A stretch of 63,771 nt of DNA, the filler included, from Perkinsus chesapeaki ATCC PRA-425 (lineage: Eukaryota; Protista; Perkinsozoa): assembly GCA_013115145.1 (NCBI GenBank). It is 12 parts of 12 records of this genome, joined end to end, with 100 filler letters (N's around TTAATTAATTAA, not from the genome) between each part and the next. Parts side by side here need not be neighbours in the genome. Positions count along the whole stretch, not along the records: positions 6,430 to 17,083 come from JAAPAO010000881.1; positions 17,184 to 18,341 come from JAAPAO010002141.1; positions 18,442 to 22,422 come from JAAPAO010001333.1; positions 22,523 to 27,421 come from JAAPAO010001214.1; 8 more parts are not named here. One strand, written 5' to 3'. Shown in pieces: positions 12,601-25,396 of this stretch. How positions within the stretch are numbered: the first letter of the stretch is position 1; every line of letters begins with the position of its first letter. A program made the position numbers and the translations under genes. The notes under the pieces were generated by a model that worked only from the letters and a program-made list of their open reading frames with translations, searched no databases and was not told where the DNA came from.

Positions 12601-14117
12601 AGGTTCGATGGATTGGTGAATCGAAGGAAGTCTATGATGGCTGATAGCGAGGGTGGAGAAGAGAAGTAAGCGTTGTGGTTCCAATAGGGCATTTGTGATT
12701 GGACAATAGAATGGATTATTGATACGAAGTAAATTGTTAGTAACGCTTACACTAACGACTACACTTCAACGTGAAGTGCAGTGCATAAGCCTAAAGAGGA
12801 TTTATTGAATAGCACTTGGTACTCTGTCTTTTCTCTGCTTCCTTTGAATCGGCATCTTTCAATCGCAAAGGAGGGTGACAGGATTAGCTTGATTGAAGGG
12901 AAGAACGGTTGTAGAAGTTGTAAATTAGAACCTCTTGTTCAAGTTAGCATTGAGCGGCGAAGGTCCTTTGAGGAACGAATGATACAATTGCGACAGGTCA
13001 CAAGCGTATTTCGTTCTCAAGGCGGCGCAAATAAAAGATTCACTTCAGCGTGAGGGAGATGAAATTGATAGAAAAATAAGAATAGCCGAACAAGAATTAC
13101 GCGGCTTGGAGAACTCCTTGGGTTATCTGATCAACAGCAATCAAAGGTAACATGTCTCATTCGAGGGACTGACTCATCTCAATATGAAAGTTACAAGGCT
13201 GGTCTTAAAGGCTCCAGTGAACGGGAAAGAGCTCGGGATGAGAAGGGTGAGATCTCCCGCGTGCAGTTGTAAGATTTTTCCGATTAGTTATGGGTGAAGG
13301 AGACGCGTTGGAGAAACAACTCCGGCATGCCAGCGAGGTGAGCGGCTAAAGAAACTTTTTTTGATGTGGAGGTGGTGATGGCATATCCAGCATCAGCTGA
13401 TATAAGAAAGGTTAATAGCGGAATCACACTTCTTTCAAAAACCAGTTTCGAAATTCAGAATGCGCTTAATAAGTGAGATAGACTGAGTTATCGCCAAGTG
13501 AGTTGCTCCGGCGGGTGAACTCGGTAGTTCGTGTGTGGTGGAATCCAAAAAAAAATTTATAGGATGACCTGAAATTTCGGCATTTTATTGACGGCAGTGG
13601 TATTCGTATTTGGTAATTTCGGAAGAGTGTCTAAGACTAAGACTATAGGTTCTCCACAAGAAAAAGAAACGCATGGCCGAGCTGACTGCGATTGCTGACG
13701 CCGATGAGGCAAGGAAGTTGCAGATGATAGAAGACTCTCGCCAGCTTAGAGCTAAGATTTCTCGACTGCTCGAGACGAAGGTAGGCTGGCTTCGATAAAC
13801 TTTGTGAGGGGAGCGTGAAAATCAGAATCGGTTGTCGCGTGACGTGGCTGAGGGATCGGGGAAGGTGACTCGGGCGTTAAGGAGTCTCGAGGCAATGAAA
13901 GAGCGAGTTGCAGCTGGAATAGAGTCGGGCAATCTAAGAGAGGAAGTAAGTCGACATTGGTATTGGTGTTGTATATGTTGAACTGTAGTCGGAGGTTGAA
14001 GAAGCCAATGGGCGACTGATGAGGGGTAAAGAACAACAGGAACATTTGCTGGCGACGTTGAAGTCGCTGGTCCAAGCTGTGATAGATAACCATCATCCTA
14101 ATACGGGTAAGATATAA
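6638..14117 (+). CDS. CCDC39: Coiled-coil domain-containing protein 39 (FAP59; axonemal 96-nm ruler), multi-exon; first exon not found, 3' end approximate
   Basis: Exons in the expected order: MTQHLKN/VQKEI, LEWGQEELEQWSLAAQQKEEDE, ELLYNVDFECQLMQRKVARISGERSSEEK, SLKLEVERLK, SQAYFVLKAAQIKDSLQREGDEIDRKIRIAEQELRGLENSL. These match CCDC39 family hallmarks as recalled, and all are GT-AG bounded. Confidence 0.93.
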
Positions 14118-15048
14118 CACTAAATCTTCATGCGATCTTAGTGATGGTCCTGCAGAATCATTGCCTGAGTTCTTAAGCCGGAGATTTGACGCTATTGGAG
14201 TGTCTTTTGATTGCAGAGCATGATCTGTGCGGTGTGAGTGGTGCCTTGCCACACGTTCCCATCATTTGGACAATTGTGGAGTTTAAGTTGCGCAGGGTGG
14301 ATATTTTTAGCATACACTTGAGTAGATATCCTGGTTAAGGTTTGACAAAATTTTCCTATTACATCGACAATCACGTACATGGAGCCATTCAGTCTCTCTG
14401 CCTGGCTACTTCCTTTTAGCTACTTTCAGAACTATAGAACATCGAGAGGAAGTTATTTACAGTGGCTGAGGGATCATTGAATGATAAAGTTACTCAGTGC
14501 ACCATTGTGACTGATTCTTCATGATAGAGCGTAACTTCTACGTCATCCACATCTAAAGGGTGGAGCCTTAATCGGAGTGGCTTAGTCGTTCATCCGGTTT
14601 CGCCAGGGTGACATTTTGCCAGGAAATACGTAGCTTTCTCGCCCAAATGCGTCAGTATGTCCGAAAGCCTAACGCGAACTGCTACCAAACACCAAGGACG
14701 CGACAAGTATGTCGGATCTTTGACTGTCCTGGTTAACCTAACTGCAGCACTCTCTGGGCGTGAAGCATCAAGACACATCGCAGTTGAAGAATGGCGCTCT
14801 CGAGTTGGATAACCTGGGCGCCGATTTGTTCGCACACTAGAAGATCCACATTAATACAGTCACAGCGTCCTCATGACTACTGCCTCCTCCACGAGAAAAA
14901 GACAGCACTCGTTGAGTGTTAAGTGATGACCTGATTTTGGCACTAAATACCATTAGGAATCATACGTCACCAATGGAGCGTCTCCCGCCTTTGCCCCACT
15001 TTCTTGATGTATAGTCTCTAGTTGAGCAGTTGTACTACTCCTTAACGT

Positions 15049-15484
15049 ATGAAGAATATGACAACGATGATCTGCGCTCTTCATGTTACGATGCAGTCGA
15101 TTGTACTTGTATCTGGTTCGCTACGAGAAAGAATTGAAGCATAAGTATGGTACAGGAAAGTTGACCCTGGACTTGGTTCCGCTAACACCGTTCCGGTTCT
15201 CTCTCAGCATCACTCTCACCCCTCTAGTAGACAGGCCTGAGTCTGTGTCCTACTATAATATTGGTGCGTCAGGGTCAGTATTTGTGTCCAACTACCAAAC
15301 TATCATTCGAAGTCGTCCTAACCTAGTCATGTACGATAATTTGATGGATTCATTGAAGGATTATTTCGGCTACTCGCGTTATGGTGATAATTTTCGTGAG
15401 ATATTTTACGACTACGAGAAGCCGGATCAAATCTGGGTAACTGTCAATAGTCAGGTTGTACGCCTGCCTCGGATTTTCCGGTAG
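15049..15484 (+). pseudogene. Small secreted-type protein, signal peptide out of frame with the body
   Basis: MKNMTTMICALHVTMQSIVLVSG from ATG 15049 is in frame 1. The body ORF 15083-15484 is in frame 2 and ends FREIFYDYEKPDQIWVTVNSQVVRL, resembling the C-terminus of 54456-54833. Confidence 0.35.
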
Positions 15485-16155
15485 CTTGATGTTCTTTGTC
15501 GGGCCGACAATGTTGGCGATATCCTCTTGTTATCAGACTTTCCTCTTGTTCCCGGAAATTCGGAAAGTCTTTGTCTTGCTGGGTGGAGCTCTTCTTGTAA
15601 CAATTCAGGCTAATTCCTCGCTCACGGCGTGAGGGTTGTCGATTCCATGAAAATCGTTTCACAGGAGGAAACCTGATTTTTAACGCTCCGCCGGCAACCG
15701 GCGGTGTTCCAACTTGCTCAGTTTTTAGTTGAGTCTGGATGTCCAGCCGTTGACTAGAACGGCTGGTAGTCGCGTCTTCCGGCAAGAAAACAGCTAAAAA
15801 ACTTTTTATTGGAGTCTCAGCTGCCCGGCTTGGAGTTATGGGTAATCGAGGTCGTAGAATTCAACAGAAAAGGAAATAAGGCGAAATTCGATCTAGCTGG
15901 CGAAAAATTTGCCCGCCTGTGGCGCGCATTTCTAGATGACACGTACTGTATATTCTGCCCGGGGCCCGAGAGTGCTAGAATTTCCAGAGCACTGCCCTTG
16001 TAGAGAGTAACTCTCTGAGAGTTGACGTTCATCGCCACTGGTGTTACTCAAATCGTTGCCGGTCATAGAAATGCAAAGGTATACACAAACCTACTCAGCG
16101 ATATGATTACTAGTGATTACGATATACGACTCGTATAATACGAGTAGCAGAACTG

Positions 16156-16356
16156 TGTTAGGCAGAGACGGTTACACAGATATATGGAACGTGTTCGGCA
16201 GTGCGCCGGCGCAACGCACTATAAATATTATCACCTTGCCAGTGGCAAGTTGCCAGTGGTAATTTACAAGTGGTAGCTCTAGCTAGTAAATGTAGTTACT
16301 TTAACTTTGTTTACTTTTTTGTCACCATTCCAACTGTTACTCTTCGAGGAGTAACA
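16156..16356. mobile_element. Possible solo-LTR-like element
   Basis: 201 bp bounded by TGTTA...TAACA, with TATAAATA at 16220 and several short palindromes. No target-site duplication seen. Confidence 0.22.
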
Positions 16357-17183
16357 CTCGTCTAGTAGACGACGTCTACTCGTTCGTGCCGGATCTGTCT
16401 CTACCGTACAATGCACCCATCACACGTACTCAAATGGATCCTTCATTGCCAGGGGAGTACCGGTTTCGCGTCACAGAATTTTGACGATTGTTCAGGGCCT
16501 ATTACACAACCTTGTTCAGAGAAGCTTCTAAAATAGGCCGCAGGTTGCACTATTCATTCTTTATTATACATGCGTTGTTGCTCTATTGTACATGCGTGCA
16601 TGGCTAATTCCTCTTGTAATAGTAAGTTACGAAGAGGCTTTTGTTGACCCTTTACTGATCCTGCACGTTATCATCAACGAACAACAGACACCTTCTCCAA
16701 ATGGGAATAGCGTATTGCCTTTTGATACACATCGTGAGCATCTCTGTATACATGAACCCTTGCTGATAGATAACCGTGCACTCCGAGCGATCACTTGCAA
16801 TCTTGCAACTTCTCTAACTTTCTCAATTTATTACTGTCGCCCTTTACTTTTTGGACTCTCACTGGGTGATGGATGTTGTAAGTTGACTCTTGTAGCTGAT
16901 ATCCGACGTAATGATTCCTAATTTATCTTTCTCGTAGAGCCTGTCATAGAGACACTGCTTCTGGCGGTACCCCTTTCACATTTCATTCAATCAATTCAAT
17001 TCCATTCATATGTTGGGATAGCATGTGCTTCCCGCGCGCCCTTTAATTATATCGTCTGTCCACATTCGATCGCGCTATTCGAGNNNNNNNNNNNNNNNNN
17101 NNNNNNNNNNNNNNNNNNNNNNNNNNNTTAATTAATTAANNNNNNNNNNNNNNNNNNNNNNNNNNNNNNNNNNNNNNNNNNNN

Positions 17184-17580
17184 GCTGAAACTTTTTGAAG
17201 TGCACATATAACGTGTCGCTCCTCCCTCGCTTCAAGCACTGCTGCTGGTATGCCTCAAATACCCCGCGGTTAATCCGAAACCAGTTGAGAAGCAAGTAGG
17301 TCGAATTCCAACGAGTTACAACATCCCTTGGCGGCAAAGTCAACTTACGGTTCTGAATAGCGGCACACTCTTTTAAAAGATCGACAGCCTGGTTTGACTG
17401 ACGGAGAAACCTTGAGTTGTTCCGGGCTTTCCTTATGGCGCTGTTCCACTGTCTACTTTGTCTAGAAGCCGCTCCTCTCTTAACTCTTACGCTTAACCAA
17501 GCGTAGTCCATTGTTTCATGCTCATGTTGCTCAACTTGAGCTGATCGCTCGGATAACCTGCCCGCGGCGGCACTGACAGG
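17184..17580 (-). mobile_element. hAT-superfamily DNA transposase fragment
   Basis: ORF contains RDVVTRWNSTYLLL, the hAT TRWNSTY motif, preceded by a helical RFLRQSNQAVDLLKE segment. Cut by the gap; stops upstream of about 17600. Confidence 0.8.
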
Positions 17581-20199
17581 CTGTTCACTTCACTACCACT
17601 GGTAGTCTACTAAGAAGCACTAACACCCGTCAAACAGTCTGTTGCATTTCTGATGTAGAAAAGATGAAGCAAGGGCGCCATCACTTGGCTTGACTACCTT
17701 AAGGGCTGGAAAGCAAACCTTGTAGAGGCTCGGTTGGAAACTGCTAGAATCCATGGATAGGCCGCGGTTAAGGTGTCAGGCAACAAAGAACGGAATAGAA
17801 AGCCCTCCAAGATAATCCTCGTCGCTTCATCCCAGCGGCTAAATCTCAACATATTAGTGAAACAATAAGAGCCTCTTCGTGGCGCGGAATCCGCTCCTCC
17901 CGGCAAATGTGGCGCTTTTGATCGAATGAGCTGTCTGGGAATTATTGGGTATAAAATATGCATACAGGCAGAATCTGTAGTCCAGAAAGTAATAAAAATT
18001 TCGAAGAAGGGTCTAGCTACGTGACACGCTCGTAAATGCAGCGCACGGCAGATCTTTTTCTGTAAATTATTAGAGCAGAACTATCATAGCAACACAAGTA
18101 AGTGGCCGTAGAAGGAGTCTCCGCTGGAGTCTGGATGCCTCATTGAGCTAAGCTCACCCGCTTTCTACGGGATCATTGCATCGAGGCGCGACTGATGCCA
18201 TTGTCCGACAATGATTGTTGATAAGCGGATTGAGCTTGCGAATGTAGCGGCTGTGAAATCTCCAGAGGTTAAGGGAGTACCGCACGCACACCCCAAATAA
18301 TTTCAGACACAATGCACGAAACAAAGATATTGGATTTGCACNNNNNNNNNNNNNNNNNNNNNNNNNNNNNNNNNNNNNNNNNNNNTTAATTAATTAANNN
18401 NNNNNNNNNNNNNNNNNNNNNNNNNNNNNNNNNNNNNNNNNCCAAACTGCTACAGTAGTTGACCAGCTCAGGCTGAGCTGACACCACCAAGTCTCTAAGG
18501 TGGTGATACTGCTGCTGTGGCTGTGTAATAGGGCTTGCTGAGCCACCGCCCACAAATGCTCGCCTCTATGCGATTAACTTTCCCACATCAGCTACCTGAA
18601 GGTCGGCCATATCTCGGGTCGGGACGCCATGGCGTCGCGCCATTACTAATGGCCCATGAGCGTCACAGCCGTTCTATCACTAGTTCAAAGACCACAGCAG
18701 GCCCATGCTCTCATTCATGCACCGTCCATCGCAGCTCGCGTTGGAACATGTGTGCCACCGTTTCGATGCGCTCCGTCCAAAAGGGCTGTGCCCTAACCAC
18801 TCACGTCCAGCATTTCACAAAACGCTCCAGTCTCAGTCGGAGTGTTGCTGTGTTTTGACTTAGGCTTCTCGGGTAGCGGATAGCTAAGCCCGTACGCGTG
18901 CCCCGTGTCTCAGGTGGTGAGATGTTCCTCGAGACTATTGAGTTTCCGTGCATGCCGTCTCCGCAGTGTGCTTTCCTATGGGCGGCCAAGGTGCTCTCCA
19001 GTCGTCCGCACCACGGCGAGGCCTCCGCACTCTTTCAGTCGCTTCCTTATCATGGTTTAGTCACTTGTGCGTTCTTTGTGGCGCCGCTGGCTCGCCAACC
19101 CCATGGTGACTGATCTGTTAGGATAATCTGTTGGGTCTCTCTATGATGTATATCTGTCTTTAACCTTGGTTTCGGGGAGAGTATACTATATTCAGTATAG
19201 GCCTCAGATAATCTTTGTGCTGCGCCGGGCTTTGCGATCTCATGCGTGCCTGTGGTAGTCCTGGCAGGAAGTGTGATTAGGATCCGACCCTTCGCTGTAG
19301 TCGCAGTGCTGTGCTGATCAGGCTCGTTGATGGGTCTTCCCTTTGTTTGAGGTAGTTCCGTTTTTCACGCTAGCCTGACTGTTACGATCTGGGTTGGTCG
19401 AGGCTAGTGCCCTTCTGGTCAACCCACAATCATCAGAATTCGCCGATTTGAGTTCGAGCGATCCGGCTTCACTTGGTTACCTTCGGCGGGGCGCCGATAG
19501 CTGCCCCGCGGGCACTCCTGAACTGCCGAGTGTATTGATACCGTCAGCTTTATAGGAGTTCTATCATCGGGCCAGCTTAGTGTAGCTGAATGTCACTTAT
19601 CATAGCATCTTTTCTATGATATTTATGACTTTTTAGGGCCTCTTAGTAAGAATTATACCAGCTTTTGAAAAAGGTAAGCTGGGATTCGGATCTGCGTCCC
19701 CCATTTTCCGAGCGAGATGGGATACCGCTAGCCTGACGCATCCTGAGCGACCCTCAGTGAGCGTTAATCCGCAATGTTGTTTAGTGAGCCTTAGTTCTGG
19801 TTATCTAATAGTCAGTGGATTTTCCCTTGTATCTTCCTCTTGTTACTTGTGTTACAGTTTTAAGTTTGTCAATCCTGCAGGTATTTGCGGCTATGAAAGT
19901 GCTTAAACTTGAAGCCTCCAACAGGACACCGCAGTTGTACTAGAGAAATTCCTTATGGACAGCCTTGAAGCGATCCAGCAACATTTGCCGAGCCCTCGAG
20001 AGGGCTTGTTTAACGCGATCCGTGTGTTGTTCACAATAACAGAAACTAATGGGTCTGGAGGAGAACTGCCTGTTAGAAATTCTAACAGGCAGAAATTCTA
20101 ACTTACAATTGTTAGCAGCATTTGTACTTTTCGTACTTATTCTGCGCTCCAAGGCCGCTCAAACTTTAGAACAAAACACGGCCATCATTCACGAAACTA

Positions 20200-21790
20200 T
20201 TAATGTTTCTTACGCTTGCCGGCTGACTTCTTACTATGGCTATTTGATGCCTTATGTTCAGTAATGGAAGGCTTATCCTCGTCGACTAGAGTACGGGTGT
20301 CTCTACGATCCCATAAAACATCTCGCCAGTTAGCCAGCACAGAACCTTTGTCGTAAATGTTTCTGAGCTCATCAAGCTCTGACTCCCTATTTTCCTTCTT
20401 GAGATAATCGTGCAGAGTTCGCCACTTTGCCGACTCATTGGTGGTAACATTGGTCGCAGCCAGATACAAATGCCATGAAGTGAAACCGACCAGCACAGTG
20501 GACATTATTATACACAAAGTAATCATCGCAATCATTATATATTCGTGTGTTAGGAGCCACTGGAATATAATCCGGTAACTTGCCGAGAACTGCTCTCCAG
20601 TGTTAGGGTTGATGAACCGAGCGTTCCATAAATTGCGTTCCTGTACGAGAGCCATTAAGCTGATAACGCCGACAACAGCACCATAAACGCATAGGAAGGT
20701 GTTGGACAGTAGGAAGGCGATGAACCAGTGAACATTATTAACACCGACGCAGTTGTTAATCCACACACAGTGATGATCAAATCGAGCCACACAACAGTTA
20801 CATAGAGAACAGTGCTTGCTACGTGAAGGCCTGAAAACAACATCTCGCACAATAGCTTTGCTGCAACTGAGGCACTACCGCTATTGACGGAACATTCTTT
20901 AAACTGTTTTTCGTGTGCTCAAATGTTGCACATATGGTAAAAGTCTCATGAACGAAATGACGAGAGATACCATCGAGGAGTGAACCTCAATGAGGGTTTT
21001 ACATCGGTATGGTAAATCATATAACTCACTTTACTCGGTGAGGCCCTTCTATTTCACGCACCCAGTAACCAGCTTATATCATCAGCAACCAATGTATATA
21101 ATTCTTAGTGGCGATTACCGCAGTTATGATACCACAGTGAAGTACCGATCCTTCCTCGCTGCATAACAGCAGCCCCCCCAGCCTACTGCCACTTCGGTTG
21201 GTTGCAGGTAGAACACTCCTTTTCGTGGAATAATATATTATCCATTGGATAGATCTCCAAAATCGCCTTCACATTACTCTTAACGACAACACCGGGATCG
21301 GCAAGAGAGGCTAAAAAATGGAGATCACTTTAGTTTCGACGCGGGCGGCAAGTAGTACCTCCTGCGAAGATGTAAATCCAGAGAACGAATACTAGGAACC
21401 CAACGTACTTGTGATAGGCTGCGAGATAGGTATTAGGAATTAGCGGGTAACCTGGGATTTGGGTTTATGCAATAAGGAGCCGGCAGTGTTGGTCTTACCG
21501 AAAACAACGTAGAGGAGATAACCTCCTACTACAAGACTTAGATAAATGATCTGAACCTGGTAACCAACAGGTGAGCTCATTCTGACCTTGTTTGTATCTT
21601 TTTTATTACTATTGGGTTAGCTCCGTTGCATGTATAGTTCCACGATGAGTCTAAAGCAATACCGCCACGGTCCGAGCCACAGCAGGGGATGCGTAGCACA
21701 GACCTGTGGGAGGAGGGCTGCTCGTGACGACTGGTAGAAGTAAGAGTACTTGAGCGCATTTGGGATGTATTCGGGAAGGACTCCTCCCTC
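20200..21790 (-). CDS. DHHC palmitoyltransferase, SWF1/ZDHHC4-like, multi-exon; 5' end not resolved
   Basis: Spliced [16 protein letters not shown]...DPGVV...[37 protein letters not shown], two further TM helices, [10 protein letters not shown] (TTxE motif), and a basic C-terminal tail. Confidence 0.92.
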
Positions 21791-24700
21791 AGGTTCAGCC
21801 CTGTTTACAACACTGGTGTTCTAATATAACTGTTATATACTGATACAAGCAGAATGAGTACCTATTCTAAGGCTAGACCTGAAGGGCTTGATGGCTTAGG
21901 GGAATCTACACGTCACTGGAGAATCCCCAGGGAGTACATTATACTTCGCCAAGGCAGCAGAATTTTTTTCATCCGCAAGTTCACCATTTGAACTCTTCTC
22001 ACCGTGACGGAAATATAGCTCACGCTAACCACTAGTTGGCGGTATTTAGTAACTACCAATACCACGGTAGCCACCGTGACTCCCCTTCGTTGTTGAGTTA
22101 GTGACACTTTTGGAAGAGAGTATCCCTTGAGCGTTTACACTATACGATTCATACGTCGGTTCCCCACGCTATTAGCGTCCATATCGGTAGCGTCAGAACG
22201 ATGCGGCGAAGTGCTAATTGGCTTGGAAACCCATCACGGAAGTGGCCTACACTTCCTGGTGGAATGCTCCCATCAACTCTATGAAGCATCCCCAAGATGC
22301 CAACGAACCGCTGAGGCACTCGCTCCGTTTGGCTTTGACGATGGAGAGCCAAGTCGATGTCGAACATGTGCGGAAGCGTGTTCTCTGGCGCTGGCCATCT
22401 ACGCCACTAATACACATATCCANNNNNNNNNNNNNNNNNNNNNNNNNNNNNNNNNNNNNNNNNNNNTTAATTAATTAANNNNNNNNNNNNNNNNNNNNNN
22501 NNNNNNNNNNNNNNNNNNNNNNCATCGAATACCGCAGCCTTCTCGACTAGTTTAGCTTCGTTAGTAGTGATAATAACAATACCAATGACGATGTAGGAGA
22601 GGGAGGTCATTAGGAATAACAAGCTGGTAATCTGGTCTGAAAAATATATATATTCGGAATTCCTCGCAGTGTTACCTTAAGCCAAGGGCGCCATTAAAAC
22701 TGGTCTTTTTTCATGGAGCAACTCAACACTTGCAGTCGATGAAACCAAGAATTACTGAGAGTGGTGAGCGTTGAGAGTTGAGAGTGGTGGGTCGTCTGAA
22801 AAGACCCATTCCAACGTAACACCTCGAGTTCTGAAGCCGTCGGGGAGATCACCGCCAGTTGCGGCGACCCATGGCTGACCCATCATGGCTCCATCTGGGG
22901 ACAGCGGACACTATTTATCCCACACGAAGGCAAAGTCCAGCAACTGAAGAATCAAAGTTTGAGCAGGCTGCGCATGATGTTAACGTTAATATTACTAACT
23001 TAGCGATAGGTTCTTTCTTCCCAGCTACTAAATTAGTAGCTCGGAAGCAGGGGAATATGAATCACGACGTGACCGTCGTGTCGTCCACGTTCCCCCTTCC
23101 CGTAGGCCTATACTGTGCGCCAGTCTCCCCCAGGGGAGTCCCCCTCTTAACTAGTGACACTAGAAGTAAAGAAATCGCTGCCAGCGTTTGAATGAGGTTT
23201 GAGCGCCAAGCACTCAGGTATCGCCGACAGCGATTCGCTGTCGCTCGCTTCATCTTCAGTCGCTCCTCATACACCCTTTGGGGGTCCTGAGTAATTTGGT
23301 GGCGGCATACAGCTCCACCGGGACCTAGTGGGTGCGAAGAAATCCTTGGTAGCCCAAGAATGATTGTTTGGATTTCAAACTTTGGAAGTTCTATGTCTCT
23401 CTAGTTGATCGTTTTCCTCGTCGCGTCCTCATTATTATCGACTTCAGCCCTACAACCAACAGGACCTCTTGTGCTCACAGCATGGTTGGGGAATCCCCAA
23501 TGGGGATGAAACCAAAGGCAATATCAGCAAACTCGTCAATGTCCGACATTGAATGTCACTTTCCACAGACCAGCTTGGTGCATACAAAAAGTGACGATTA
23601 CTGTTTTGAACGCTTATCCCGCGCGGCTAAGGGTGCAACACGGTTATCTCCACTGTGGAGCTGCGCATGAAGTTTATGCCGTGAACTCTGGCTGCCAGAG
23701 TCTGGCATTTACATTCAGGCGTTCGCTCATTTGCGTGGAGAAAACGAATTTATTGGAGACGCCAGCCAGAGAATAACAATGCTCGTGCCGATTAGAGAAA
23801 ACATGAAGTATAGCAGAGGTCGTCGTCTTAGTTTATTTTATTTATTGAACAATTACACACTGCCATCCGGCACTACTACTATGCTCATTTCTATGATACC
23901 AATTCACTGGATATTTGCTCTGACTGCGGCAGCGAGTTTGTTGGATAACCGTCAAATCGCTAGGCAAATACTACAGGAGAGATGTCATGGTCACGGTGCA
24001 TCCGATACTGACCAGACGCTCAGCAACCTAGTGAGATCTCCGTTAGCGCTTGTGGGTATTCATCAGCGGTAGCGTCACAGAGTCTTTTCAGGGAAAGGAG
24101 ACGGTTGAAGGCTGGGTTGAGCTTGAGAGTGAGTTTCTGGATGTTGTTGCGGGTTTGTTCTACGAAGATTCCCGGAGCATGATGGTAGGTGGATCCCAAA
24201 CCCACGAGGGTCTTGTTGACTCATCCGATTCAATCGGGCCGATTATGACGATTCGTCCGTTACTGGGAGTATATCCTCAAAGATTCTAGTAAAATGTGTT
24301 CTTTTTTCGAGGTTTTGGCCCTTGTGAATGTTATACGGTAAAATGTATTATTTCCTAATCGCTTCTTCAAACACTTACCGCGCCAAGGCTACAACGCAAT
24401 AGTAATAATTTGTCCTCTGGTTTTAGCCCCCCTTGGTTTCCCACCTGCGTAAGCTACTAGTAGAGAAAACACTCCTAGCGTTTAGCTGCCCTGTTCTCAC
24501 GGCGAGTAACTTATATCAGGCAGCCCTCATATTTGCAACCGTAGGGCACCATAACCGATCGAGGGTGAGTTAAGATGGCGGACGAAAGTCTCGAACTTGG
24601 ATTCTCAAGCTTCTCCGCCTGTGGCACACGCCACTCCTTATGCCGAGTCGTGACTCACGACTCATGAGGGTCTAATTCATTCGAAGTACCAGATAGCTCT

Positions 24701-24889
24701 CCTTGAGATGACGATGTTTCCATCTGTTTTCGATACGACTAACGGAACTGACTCGCGTGTTATCCCGGCCCGGTTGGAGCCTCACAAGTTGTTGTTAGGT
24801 TTTGTTGCAGATTGGAAACATGTTTAAGCTCCAGTCCATTAGTCAGTGGTGGGGGTAAGAATCTTACCGTGAGATCCGTCTCGGGGGAT

Positions 24890-25396
24890 ACGGCATATAT
24901 TATCTATTGATGGTTCACATCTCAGAATATGATATTCGGAATATCCAGCGACCTAGTACGAGAAGCCCTTTAGTACTATGATAGTAGCGCTCTCGGAGAG
25001 GGGTGTCCCAAATTGAGAGTCTCGATTACCGCACGATCTACATCTGACAGCCTAGTAGGCAGAATTCCACGTTCACGGAGCTTCTGCATTAGTTTTGTGA
25101 GTGGCTATTTGGAGGAGTACTAAGTTCCTCGGGAAAATACAGCGGTTTGCACAGATCCTGATAATGAGGGCCTGGTCAGGTACACTGAATCTTTGAAAGC
25201 GCAGGGACTGCCTCCTGCCTCGAAACGTTTTGAAACCGCTATACAAGCAGACTACTCCATTGCTCTTGCAGCTTTAGCGCACAAACTGAACGTAGGAACG
25301 GCACATATCTCTTTCCTTTCGAGACTCGCGAATCGAGATAGCAGGGGAATTCGGAATCTGGTAGATAGAATCTACGCTTCAGAAGACTGGAACTAG
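24890..25396 (+). mobile_element. Degenerate RNase H-like retroelement remnant
   Basis: Frameshifted pieces IIY/IDGS, QNSTFTELL, NTAVCTD and HISFLSRL..GIRNLVD appear in RNase HI motif order. Weak similarity only. Confidence 0.28.

Noticed and set aside
13752-14252. 166-aa minus-strand ORF
   Set aside because: Antisense shadow of CCDC39 3' exons, with no motif.
18442-20152. Possible exons or retroelement remnants; also 22523-24290, 25700-26700, 47620-49500 and 58575-59330
   Set aside because: Protein-like fragments are present, but I could not build a consistent frame or recognise a family by eye.
23330-23400. DIELPKFEIQ, serpin-like or Rpn-like motif on the minus strand
   Set aside because: Preceded by a stop, with no reactive-centre loop or other family motif nearby.
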